The notes below the pieces were generated by a model that searched no databases, was not told the DNA's origin, and saw nothing but the letters and a program-made list of their open reading frames with translations. A DNA stretch of 63,075 nucleotides, the filler included, from Thraustochytrium aureum (taxonomy: Eukaryota), in NCBI GenBank assembly GCA_012862495.1. It is 5 parts of 5 records of this genome, joined end to end, with 100 filler letters (N's around TTAATTAATTAA, not from the genome) between each part and the next. Parts side by side here need not be neighbours in the genome. Positions count along the whole stretch, not along the records: positions 51,383 to 57,973 come from BLSG01000266.1; positions 58,074 to 61,506 come from BLSG01000273.1; positions 61,607 to 63,075 come from BLSG01000282.1; 2 more parts are not named here. One strand, given 5' to 3'. The translations under genes were made by a program, and so were the position numbers. This document shows positions 53,946 to 63,075 of the stretch, piece after piece (position 1 is the first letter of the stretch; each line of letters begins with the position of its first letter).

Positions 53946-54662
53946 ATGCTCAGCGCTGCGCTGCGCGGCTTGGCGCGACGCGGAGGACTTCGGACGCGCA
54001 CGAGACCGTTGTCGACAGGACCAACGCCGCCGGACTTTGGCGCCTTGGGGTACTGGGAAGAGCACTTCCGCGGGACCAAGGCTGTCAAGGAATGGTACGT
54101 GGATGCGGAGGTTGTGGCCGACGCAGTGGTGGGCCTCGTGGAGGGGCAGGAGAGGTGGAAGGACCGGCCGCTGCGCTGCGCCCACCTTGGCTCGGGGCTT
54201 AGCTCGCTCGGGTTTCAACTCGCGTCTCGCGTCAACCGCCTTACTGTGACGAATGTGGACGCGAGCCCTTCTTCAGTAGATCGGCTCAAGCACAGGCTCG
54301 CCCACGAGCACGGCAAGGAGCCGTGGGCGGCACGTGTGAGCTTTGTCGTGGACGACCTCTCCGGCCTCCACGAGCTTGATTCGGCAGCCTTCGAGCTGTG
54401 CGTGGACAAAGGCGCGCTGGATGCACTCGAGTTTGCCGGAAGCCATGGCAAGTACTTGGCTGGCGTCGCAGGCCTGCTAAGGCGGGCCGGTGGCGGCTGG
54501 TTTCTGCAAGTCTCCGACGCACCCCCGGACAGCGAGCTCCGCATGGACCTTGTGCACAACCCACTATGGACCCAAGCGTCGTGGACGACGCTCGATGTTG
54601 GTGACGGTCTCCAGGAGCAACAGCGCGAGCTTTTCATGTATAGGTGCTCTGTTCAACCGTGA
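53946..54662 (+). CDS. Class I SAM-dependent lysine methyltransferase, METTL12/EEF1AKMT4-like, probable mitochondrial presequence
   Basis: Leader MLSAALRGLARRGGLRTRTRPLST; YWEEHF...EWY; motif I HLGSGLS; VTNVDAS; VDKGALDAL. Confidence 0.78.
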   Translation: MLSAALRGLARRGGLRTRTRPLSTGPTPPDFGALGYWEEHFRGTKAVKEWYVDAEVVADAVVGLVEGQERWKDRPLRCAHLGSGLSSLGFQLASRVNRLTVTNVDASPSSVDRLKHRLAHEHGKEPWAARVSFVVDDLSGLHELDSAAFELCVDKGALDALEFAGSHGKYLAGVAGLLRRAGGGWFLQVSDAPPDSELRMDLVHNPLWTQASWTTLDVGDGLQEQQRELFMYRCSVQP

Positions 54663-54822
54663 GCGGGCTCGCTGGCGCGGAGCACATGTGCCGCCTCCCG
54701 GGCCCCAAACGTGTCAGGAATAGGAGGAGGGATTGGATAGCAGGAAGCAAAATTCAAGCAGAGCAAAACACTTCTCTTGCCATTTGTACGAACTGCAAGA
54801 CGTTCGGCCCAGCAGGGCCCAG

Positions 54823-55910
54823 CTAAGCGGAGGAAGGCTTGTGCGCATCGAGCATGGCGCTCTCGAGAAAGTCAAGCGCCACCCGGTGCATGTAGCAGCC
54901 CTCACCAAGGAGGCCCTCGCGATAAGCCACATGCGACCCCGACGTTGTCAAGACGAGCGAGTAATTCTCCGTCTGGCTTGCGATGTCGTAGCGGATGTTG
55001 TCCTCCACGCAGAGCGGGTCGTCGGTCGCGTTGAGGACGAGGCACGGCACCTCGTTCAAGTGGTAGTGCGCCATCGGGTTTGAGTCGTCCAAGTATTCGT
55101 CAAACGTCGCGTGACCCGCCATGTGCACTGCCCGCTCAAAGAACTCTTGGATAGAAGTGGTAGCGAGGCATTCCTCGTACCCCTTGTGTTGGGACAAAAC
55201 GACGCGATTCCTGTACAAAAAGAAGCGCTTGAGCCCATCAAGAAGGTAGGCTGCGAGCCGCGGGCTTGCGCTGTCAAAGTTGGCGAATGCGGTCCTGACG
55301 TCATAGGCCGGGCAGAGTGAGACTGCGGCCTGCACCGGGCCAGGGCCGTTTTGCCGGCCGATGTACGAGACCACTTGGCCCGAACCCGCCGAGACGCCAA
55401 CCGCCCCGATAAAGCTGTTTGGGTACTGCTCTTTCACGGCATCCACCATGAGCTTGGTGTCGCGCGTGCAGCCCATCAAGTTGAACTTTGGCGTCTGAAG
55501 GCGACCAAAGTGCCCCCGCCTAGAGAGCACGATGGGGCGAAACCCGCGCTGGACGGCCATTCGACAGAATTCCACCTCGTCACTGGCACGGCCTGTGATC
55601 GTGTGCAGCACGAGCATCACTGGCGCGTCTGGCTGAAGCTCAATCTCCGCATCGCGACGATCGGGCACGTACTCCTCGAGGGCGACCTCTCCCCCATCTT
55701 CGCAAGCGAGGATACGCTGCTTGAAGGTCGCTTGGCGTGCGTGCCAGGCCCGCCAGAATAGCATCAGGCCCAGCTGAGCGAACGGGCCGTGTGCCCAAAA
55801 CGTCGGCGCGTATCTGCCTTTGAGAGACTCCATCCGCGTCAAGATGCGCTTGATACGTTCGTCCTCATCCTTGAAGAGGACGCGAGGCTTCCCCCTCGAG
55901 CCAGCCTTTC
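54823..55910 (-). CDS. ABHD1/2/3 (YheT)-like alpha/beta hydrolase; true start and upstream exons uncertain
   Basis: YAPTFW, CEDGGEVALE, VLHTITG, RRGH, nucleophile GVSAG, LNATDDPLC, SGSHVAY. Confidence 0.82.
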
Positions 55911-56298
55911 CGCACAGCGCCGTCAAGGCAGTACACGGCGGCCGCAACTCCGATTGCCGCGGCAGCGACGCGACGCTTGGACCAACGCCCCGCCATTTCA
56001 CTCCCAACAGCACCTGGACGACGCCTACGCCCAGCTCGCCTATGGTTTCAGAGGCGCTGGTGACCGCGCGTGCTGCTGCCTCTGTAGGGCACGCACGACC
56101 TGGACCGCTCGGAGTTGCGTGTCTGCGGCGGCCTTTTCCTGTTTTTGACCAAATCAAGTTGATACCCAGGCACTGTTTTTGATCGAGTTGAAGGAGGTCT
56201 CTCTGTGGACATGGTGACCAGGTGATCGACCAGGTGTTTGCACCAGCGTCCAACCCTGGCAAGCTCGTCAAATGCCGAGGAATACGACATTCATCAGG

Positions 56299-56392
56299 CT
56301 GGGCAAGCGGACTCCGTGCGGCGGCGAAGCCAGAGGAAAGCGCGACACTGGGCACGCGGACTCCGCGCGGCGGCGAAGCCAGAGAAAAGCGA
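56299..56392. repeat. 49-bp direct tandem duplication
   Basis: CTGGGCA(A/C)GCGGACTCCG(T/C)GCGGCGGCGAAGCCAGAG(G/A)AAAGCG occurs at 56299 and 56348. Confidence 0.8.
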
Positions 56393-56438
56393 AGGGGCAT
56401 CTTGGGTTTTGCTGGGGTCATCTGATTTGCGATCGGTG

Positions 56439-57221
56439 TCAAGTTCCGCCGGCGCGTGCAGTTAGGTCCGACGACACAACTGGGCTTCGCTCCGCGCTGG
56501 GCTCATCGGCTATGACGGGCATCCTGGACTTCCAAGCGTGCCATATGTCCGAGTTGTCGGCAAGATCACACATGAAGTGAGCCACGTTGGCTCGAGAGAC
56601 CGCCTTCCCGGAAAACGCCCCACTGTCCAAGAAAGCCTGCAGCTTGTACTGCGAAGGTGGCGCGTTCGTGAGGGTTTGTGGACGGACAGCTACCCATTCA
56701 ATGTGCCGGTCGGTGCTCCACAGGCGCGACTCGAGGAGAGCGGCTGCTCGCAAATTGTCACGGGCAGGAGGGACCGCAATGCACAAACACCGAAGAGCGA
56801 GACGCTCAAGGATCGTCCTTCGGTCGCCCGGCGAGGTCGGCCCGGCTCCGACCGTGCTCATGAGGATAAACTTGACTGGAACCGCTGGCTCGACCTCGTC
56901 AATCGCCTTGCGAACGCGCTCAGCGGCTTTCGTGCACAGCAAGTGCGGCGCCCCGAAGACTCCGCGAAAAGAAATGTTGTGGCCAAGGCAGGAAATGATC
57001 GCGTCCGATCCAGAGACCAAGCGCTTCACTTCTTCGTCGCTCATTCGCAGAATGCTCCCGGTTTCGACCGACAAAGCACCAGGCCACTTGCTGCTGCCAT
57101 CAGGGAGGCTGAGCCGGGATGGGCTGCGGACGAGCGCTCGCACATCATGGCCGCGCCGCAACATCTCAGCTACCACAAGACGACCTGTGGCCCCGCTCGC
57201 CCCGATGACGACGATTCTCAT
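56439..57221 (-). CDS. NAD(P)-binding atypical SDR (flavin reductase/BLVRB-like)
   Basis: MRIVVIGASGATG, ALVRSP, SDAIISCLG, WVAVRP, VSRANVAHFM. Confidence 0.88.
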   Translation of the reverse strand: MRIVVIGASGATGRLVVAEMLRRGHDVRALVRSPSRLSLPDGSSKWPGALSVETGSILRMSDEEVKRLVSGSDAIISCLGHNISFRGVFGAPHLLCTKAAERVRKAIDEVEPAVPVKFILMSTVGAGPTSPGDRRTILERLALRCLCIAVPPARDNLRAAALLESRLWSTDRHIEWVAVRPQTLTNAPPSQYKLQAFLDSGAFSGKAVSRANVAHFMCDLADNSDIWHAWKSRMPVIADEPSAERSPVVSSDLTARAGGT

Positions 57222-57825
57222 GGCCAATTTTGGCGTTTCGAAACCCCAAAGCGCCGCCGCCGTCGTGTGGCTCGTCGCTCACACCGCCGTTGCAAGAAAG
57301 AGAGGGCCCCCTTGGTTGAAGGTCTGCTTGCCCTCGCGGGGGGGCCTGGAAGGCAAGGCCTGCCCTTCTTTGGCCAAACCAAACTTGGCCCGCGCTGCCA
57401 TTGGCCAAACCTCCTTGGCCAAAAGCACCGCAGACGAGTCTGCACGCCTTCGTCCACTCGACAGTGGTGGCCCAGTCGGCTAAAATTATCCGCGCCATGC
57501 GATACCGGTAGGTACTCGAGTGCCGGGACGTTGCCTGTGTAGGTACTCGCGCAGTTGTTGTGTTTCAACGCAACATGCGAGGCGACCAAAGCGCCACGAG
57601 CTGACCTAGCAAAGCTCGGGTAGCAACTGGTGCGTCTCGCTGCTGGTGATCTGATGATGGCCATAGCCATAAGATCCGGCGAGGTTGCCGCTCGAGAATA
57701 GGGGGCTGTGGTCGGGTGCTCTGTGCCACGATGCTGGAAGACCGCTGCTGCGTTTTCGACTACTCTTCGCCTCGCGCTCCATAAAATAAACGAGCAGCAT
57801 TTCCTGTGACCTATTGGTGCAATTC

Positions 57826-57899
57826 GCGGTGGTGGCCAAGTCGGTTAAGGCGCCTGGTTTACACCCAGGAGATCGGGGGTTCAATTCCCCCCCACCGTA
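57826..57899 (+). tRNA. tRNA-Val(TAC)
   Basis: Acceptor stem GCGGTGG/CCACCGT; anticodon arm CCTGG TT TAC AC CCAGG; T arm GGGGG TTCAATT CCCCC. Confidence 0.92.
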
Positions 57900-57900
57900 C

Positions 57901-57907
57901 TTTTTTC
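57901..57907 (+). terminator. Pol III terminator (T7)
   Basis: Oligo-T directly after tRNA-Val. Confidence 0.8.
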
Positions 57908-57973
57908 TCAAAATCCGCGCCGCGCACTACGGTACGCTAAAAAACGTGAGGCTGTATTTGTAATGTGGACTTT

Positions 57974-58073
57974 NNNNNNNNNNNNNNNNNNNNNNNNNNN
58001 NNNNNNNNNNNNNNNNNTTAATTAATTAANNNNNNNNNNNNNNNNNNNNNNNNNNNNNNNNNNNNNNNNNNNN
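57974..58073. other. Artificial contig-joining linker
   Basis: N44-TTAATTAATTAA-N44. Confidence 0.95.
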
Positions 58074-58132
58074 AGCAGCAGCAGCGGCGGCGGCGGCGGG
58101 TCCAGAAGGAGCAGGCAAGTGCCGAGGGAAGA

Positions 58133-58522
58133 ATGGCGGCCGGACCGCTCGCGAGGCTGGCGGCCCAGATGCTCGTGATGGGCTTCAACGTGTTCACGCG
58201 CGCGTTTGTCCAGGCGTACCAGCAAGCGGCTGCCAACCCGCAAGCGGCGAAGAAGGCGGCGCAGAACGCGCAAAAGTCGCTCCGGAAGGAGATGGCCCTC
58301 GATGAAGCGCTCAAGGTGCTCAACTTTGAGCGCGCGCCGGCCAACGCGGAGGAGCTCGTTCAGCGGTACAACAGGTACTTTGCGGCCAACGACCCGAAGA
58401 AGGGCGGCTCCTTCTACCTGCAGTCCAAGTTTTACCGCGCCAAGGAGGTCGTCGAAAAGCAGCTCGCTGAAGAGGCCGGTGCGCAAGCCGAGGACAAGCC
58501 GAAGGACGAGGCCAAGCAGTGA
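58133..58522 (+). CDS. PAM16: Mitochondrial import motor subunit Pam16/Tim16
   Basis: RAFVQAYQQA, MALDEALKVLN, FAANDPKKGGSFYLQSKFYRAKE. Confidence 0.95.
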   Translation: MAAGPLARLAAQMLVMGFNVFTRAFVQAYQQAAANPQAAKKAAQNAQKSLRKEMALDEALKVLNFERAPANAEELVQRYNRYFAANDPKKGGSFYLQSKFYRAKEVVEKQLAEEAGAQAEDKPKDEAKQ

Positions 58523-59837
58523 GAGATAAATGGTAAGCACGAGGGGAACGAGCATGGTGAGAGGGTTGCTTGGGGCAGAGCAAAGGGGAACAGGTGGCTG
58601 GGACGGGGATCGACTGCGTCGTCAAAAAGCAACGGTCACGAGACTCCTAGCGCGGCTAGAGTTGATGAGCAGCTGTTGAAGAGATCGACGCGACATTGTC
58701 GCTTGGCCCGCAGGAGGAGGTGCGTCTGCTCCATCGGAGCTCTAGTCGTACTGGCTCCGCCGTGGGTTTACACGTCCTTTGGTCGGCAACCCGGATGTGG
58801 AGCGGTTTGTTTTGGTTTTTCCTCTGATGCTGAAGGGTCGTGGTCTCTTTCTGGCTTGGCGAGTGATTGTTTCCCTGTGATGAACACGTTTCGCTGATTC
58901 CCCGTGAGGATTCAAAACATTCACTCTATTTTTTTTCTTGAGGGCCTCGCCAAGCAAGAGCTCCAGAGAGACGCCAAGACAACAGCATCGAGGCAGACGT
59001 GAACAGGAAGGGGGATTGATTTGTTTCGCGAAGCAGCGTCGCGTTGTGTTGTGGTTTTGGTTTGGAGCGTGCGCACGGCATTTGCCCGGGACGATACAAC
59101 ATTGCTCGCTCATGCTCTGCCTCAAGCGGCCTCGGCTGCGAAACCGGCGGGCGATTCCAGCGTAGCGCAAAGCGGCGAAAGCCCTCGTCCCAAGAGTGAA
59201 ATGGTGCCTTGTCAGCGTGGCCTGTGGTGTCTAGTTCCCGGCGGGCGGCGCCTTTCGGCGAAGGCCGCTGGTTGAGCGACGGCCCGCTTGCCTTTCGCGC
59301 TGGGGAGCGCACCGCGTCATGGCTTCAGCGACGGGTGGTTGGCTAGACCCTCTGTTCCCATGGTCCATGAGCTAACTGCCCTCTCGCCGCCAGAAACGAT
59401 TCGCACTGCGTGCGCACGCGCGGTCGGTCCGGGTGCGAGGGCGGGGAGATTCGGGTTTGTCTTGCAGGGTCTCGGATCGCCCGCTGTTAGCTGGCTGCTT
59501 GCTAACTCTGCGATATCTCCAGCAGCGAAAAGAAGCCCGACTGTCTGCGCCACAGTGGCGAGCACCGACAGAGATGACGCATGTGCTAAACAGGCGGTGG
59601 CAGTTTGAAATCGAGCCAGCGCCGCAGGCCGAGCTCTCTGCGCAAACCAAGAGACAGCCTACTTTGAGATCCCCGGCAGCACGCCCCGGCGCAAGCCGAG
59701 GGCCGCGCTCTGGTTTGGCAACGCCGACGTCCAGTAATACCCAGGGCGGCGGGAAGGCTCGGCAGAAAGTATCGGCTCGTCCGCGGAGGAGCGGGTTGGC
59801 GCTTCCTTGCGCGGCCCATTCGTGCTTTCTAGATGTG

Positions 59838-61506
59838 TCAGGGACGTCGACCTGGGGATCTTGGCGTCGGCCGCGACGCGATTGGGCTGGCCTGACGACT
59901 GCATGTCGCTCTTGGCCCTGTCGCCTCTGCCGTCCGAGCTCTCAGCGACCGCACTCTGCGGCTGCTCCGGCCTCGCGCCACTTGGCCCTGGTTGGCCGCA
60001 GAGGTGTGTCGTACAGGCGTTCCAGCAGCATGGGAAGGTTCGGCTGCCGCCGCGACGCCGCCGCGAGCGCGTTTGCCAGCCTGGCCCCGCTTCTTTTTGG
60101 GGCCGCACTTTCGCATCGCCTTAAAGTCTCGAAACCAGGCCTCGTACTCTTGCACCGAGAGGTCGGCCAGGTCACGGTGCGCGTTGCGCATCTCGTCGAG
60201 GTCGTCGGTGAGGCGCTGTATTTTCACCAAACAGCGATCCAGCCGCTTTTGGCAAATGCCGTAGTTCCTCTCAGCAACCTCCCTGTGTTTTGTTTCCCTG
60301 CTCGCCTCCGTCCGCAGGTCAGATACCGTGCGCAAGAGCGCCTCGCACTCTGCGGCACGCCGTTTGTTGAGCTCGAGGGACTTTTCTGTGCGGCGCAACT
60401 GGGCCTCGTCGCTGTCCTCTTCGCCTGGTGCTGCGGCTGCAGCCGGTTCGCGATCCTCTGCTTGTGCGATTGCGGTGTGCCCGGTGATCAGCGCAAGCGA
60501 GCGAATAAATCCGGACAGCGTCCTGGCGCCCTCCGCGCTTTTCTTCATCAGCTCCCGAAACGCGACGAACTGGGCGTGCTTTTCGCGCTCTGCGCGCTCT
60601 GCGTTTTCCTGGGCGCGCGTGCGGTCCTCGTCCCTTTCGCGCGTCATGCGAGCAATGATCGACTCGAGCCAGGCCTCGCGCTGCGCGGCGGCAGACTCGA
60701 CGTCAGCCAGCTTTGAAAGGCCCTCTTGCAGCGCAGACTCTGCTGCCTTGGCGCCTGCGCTATGAGCAGCGCACGTGGCCTCGACGGCACGGACTCTGGC
60801 CTCGGCCTCTTCTCTGAGGTGCTCTTGCTCTTTGACGACACCCCGCATGCGCTCAACTTGTGCCTGGGCGGCTTGGGCCCGCTCGGCCTCGACCGCGAGG
60901 CTAGCGCGGGCAGTGTCCGTCTCGCGCGCAGCTGCCTTGCACTTTGCGATGTTCTCGTTCCAGCTGGCGTTGAGGGCGACGCGAAGTCGCTTGAGCTCGT
61001 TGCGCAGGACTTGCACCTCGCTCTGCTGACCGGGCGTCTCCGTAGGTTCATCTCCATCGAGCTCACGCGCCCAGAGGGCAACCTGCGACGAGTCGCTCGC
61101 GCTGAGCGCAGGATGGAGCGAGCTCTCGAGGCCCTCGCGATAGCGCGAGCCATCGGCAGGCTTTGCTTGCTCGGCGTTGCGGCGCGGCAGAGCGGCGCCG
61201 GGCGCATCGTGCTGCCTTGACAACAGGGTCTGCTCGTGCTGCACGATCCCGCGGTCGTACTCGCGGCGCAAGCGCCTCAACTCGCAAGTGAGGAGCTCCT
61301 CGCTGTGCTTCGCTTCGCCCAGCTCTCGCGATAGCTGGCGGACTCGCTCGCGAAGTGCCGCCAACTCATCCCCCTCTTCCGCCTCCCGTCCAGCTGCCTG
61401 CGCGAGCTCGCTGGGCGCCAGGACTGGGGCCCGCAGCAGCGCTGTCTCTTTTTTGCCGTCGCGCGTTGCGCTTGGACGTTGGCCTCGCGTCCTCCTCCTC
61501 GGGGTC
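59838..61506 (-). CDS. Long coiled-coil protein of unknown function (5' end cut by the linker; may continue to about 58742 via frameshifts or introns)
   Basis: Over 500 aa, Glu/Arg/Ala/Leu-rich heptad pattern, no recognised domain. Confidence 0.55.
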
Positions 61507-61606
61507 NNNNNNNNNNNNNNNNNNNNNNNNNNNNNNNNNNNNNNNNNNNNTTAATTAATTAANNNNNNNNNNNNNNNNNNNNNNNNNNNNNNNNNNNNNN
61601 NNNNNN
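61507..61606. other. Artificial contig-joining linker
   Basis: N44-TTAATTAATTAA-N44. Confidence 0.95.
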
Positions 61607-61966
61607 GACGCTGCGACAATCACGCACAGCGGTGCGACGTCCCTGTCGATTGTGTCTTCGTCGGGATCCGTTGCCATCGAAGATGTCGTTTTTACGGATG
61701 GTGTCGTGTCCGGTGTTACCGCGTTGAAAATCGTCGGTGTTCAAGTTGTCGGATCCCAGCAGAGCGCAGAAGCAGACGTGACGGCAACACATGACCCCGG
61801 TGACAACTATATTGGGACTCTCGCGATTGGTTCATCATACTCTCAAGTAGAGATGCAGGCACTGAGAGACGCATGCGAGAAACTGCGCGATTTCAACAAC
61901 GACCTGCTGTCGACTGTGAACTCGCTTCTGGCCACATTGCGCGCGCATGGTCTCATCGCAACTTAA
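61607..61966 (+). CDS. C-terminal 119 aa of a protein with a phage tail/head-fibre-like terminus
   Basis: Open from the contig start: DAATITHSGATSLSIVSSSGSVAIEDVVFT...VQVVGSQQSA...YSQVEMQALRDA...TVNSLLATLRAHGLIAT*. Confidence 0.6.
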   Translation, partial: DAATITHSGATSLSIVSSSGSVAIEDVVFTDGVVSGVTALKIVGVQVVGSQQSAEADVTATHDPGDNYIGTLAIGSSYSQVEMQALRDACEKLRDFNNDLLSTVNSLLATLRAHGLIAT

Positions 61967-62791
61967 AAACCTTGGGAGGAGACGCCGGAGTCGAGGAAGG
62001 CCCGGCATTCGCGGTTCCTGGAATTTTCCTGCTGTTTGGGGAGTGGTGAGACGCCAGCCTTAATCCATTGAGAAGGACCTGGTTGAGTCTGAACTGAACG
62101 CTCCGCGCGACGAAGGCCAGTAGTTGCGCCACTGACTCTCCGAAATTCGCGCCCAGCTCAACGACCCTTTTACCAATTTGCGCGCGCTCGGCCTGATTGC
62201 GATCCCCTGAGCCACGAGCTGCTGCCCGCGTGAGCCAGCCGACAGCGAAGCACCCACAAACCCATAAAAATTTGAAACAGTCCTCGCCCTTGCTCACCGT
62301 CCCCAAAACCATCGGCAAACGCCCATCGAAGATGACGCGCACAGCCATTTCCTGATCATGATCACTGATGGGTAGGGCTATGCAAGCTTTCAAGCGGAGA
62401 GCAGCTCCAGCACGACCAGTTCGAGCACCTGCGAGTAGAGTACTAGTTCTTGCAGATCCCAACGACCGCGAAGGGCTCGTACGCGACGGAGGCCGGCCAT
62501 GGCGTTCACCAATCATCTCGCCGGAAATCGCACTCGCTGCCTCGCCTGTCTGTCTGCACGTCCGGAGCCCTGAGCGGCACTGCCGAGGGCCGCTCTGACG
62601 CCGTGGCACTGTTCGTGCCCGGGCATCATGATGATGATGATGCTCATGACGTGCCAGTCAATATGCCTACCAACCGGTCAATCACAGGCTGAGAACCCAA
62701 AACGCGACGAGATACTTCGCGAATCCCTCACGACTGGACTCTGGAGACCAACAGCGGCAGACTCCGAACGCAACGGCGCGAGAGCAGCAGC

Positions 62792-62869
62792 GGCGGAGCT
62801 CTCGGCGCATTCGTTGGCGGAGCTCTCGGCGCATTCGTTGGCGTTGTTTCTTGGCGCACTCGTTGGCGG
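62792..62869. repeat. 24-bp tandem repeat (two perfect copies plus one degenerate)
   Basis: GGCGGAGCTCTCGGCGCATTCGTT at 62792 and 62816, then a diverged third unit. Confidence 0.8.
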
Positions 62870-63075
62870 CCTTTCGTGGCGCAGCGGTTGGCGGGGCGGT
62901 CTTCGAGGTGGTTTTGGCGCGAGATGGGCGACGTGCTGCGGCGGCTGTCGAGGCTCGAGCTCAAGCTGCTCGCGCGGCACCTGGCGGACGCGCACGGCGG
63001 CGGCGAGGCGGCGCTCGAGGCCGCCGTGCGCCACGTTGCTGGGACGCGCCATGCGCCGGAGGACGCGGAGGCGGT

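Noticed and set aside
59000..59350. Structured ncRNA (GNRA/UUCG-like hairpins) such as RNase P or MRP
   Set aside because: I could not find the conserved P4 helix motifs. Short hairpins are expected in GC-rich DNA, and the region may be the 3' part of the coiled-coil gene.
61953..63075. Further virus-like genes after the fibre-like ORF
   Set aside because: No capsid, polymerase, integrase or packaging motifs were recognised, so a viral island is not supported by this stretch.

Overview
GC-rich eukaryotic nuclear DNA from a fragmented draft assembly. There are many N gaps, and four artificial 100-bp linkers (N44-TTAATTAATTAA-N44) join contigs that may not be neighbours. Genes are densely packed and intron-poor, with short GT(A/G)AG..AG introns. 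Several conserved genes are broken by single-base frameshifts, mostly at homopolymers and probably sequencing errors. Gene content (flagellar genes, a CatSper-gamma homologue, intron-poor GC-rich genes) fits a zoosporic protist, probably a thraustochytrid/labyrinthulomycete stramenopile; this is inferred, not verified. Recognisable genes: carnitine acyltransferase, a LamG/cadherin-like surface protein, coronin, two intron-containing tRNA-Met, monoglyceride lipase, an ALKBH5-like dioxygenase with Cys-rich domains, a MORN protein, sideroflexin, a kinase-less Bub1/Mad3-like protein, aspartate kinase, a GT61-like glycosyltransferase, a phosducin-like protein, a DHHC palmitoyltransferase, a rhomboid-like protein, a 7TM protein, PP1 inhibitor-2, DRC10/IQCD, PPIL6, CATSPERG, Claspin/Mrc1-like, VPS4, CENP-C, NELF-C/D, METTL12-like, ABHD1/3-like, a BLVRB-like reductase, tRNA-Val and PAM16. 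The best leads are (1) a contiguous motility block (I-2, DRC10, PPIL6, CatSper-gamma), (2) a gene end resembling a phage tail/head fibre, (3) a kinase-less MadBub protein with an array of ABBA motifs partly hidden by frameshifts, (4) an ALKBH5-like enzyme with a substituted 2OG-binding Arg and two Zn modules, and (5) NELF-C/D in a protist. All family calls come from recalled motifs; no database search was run.
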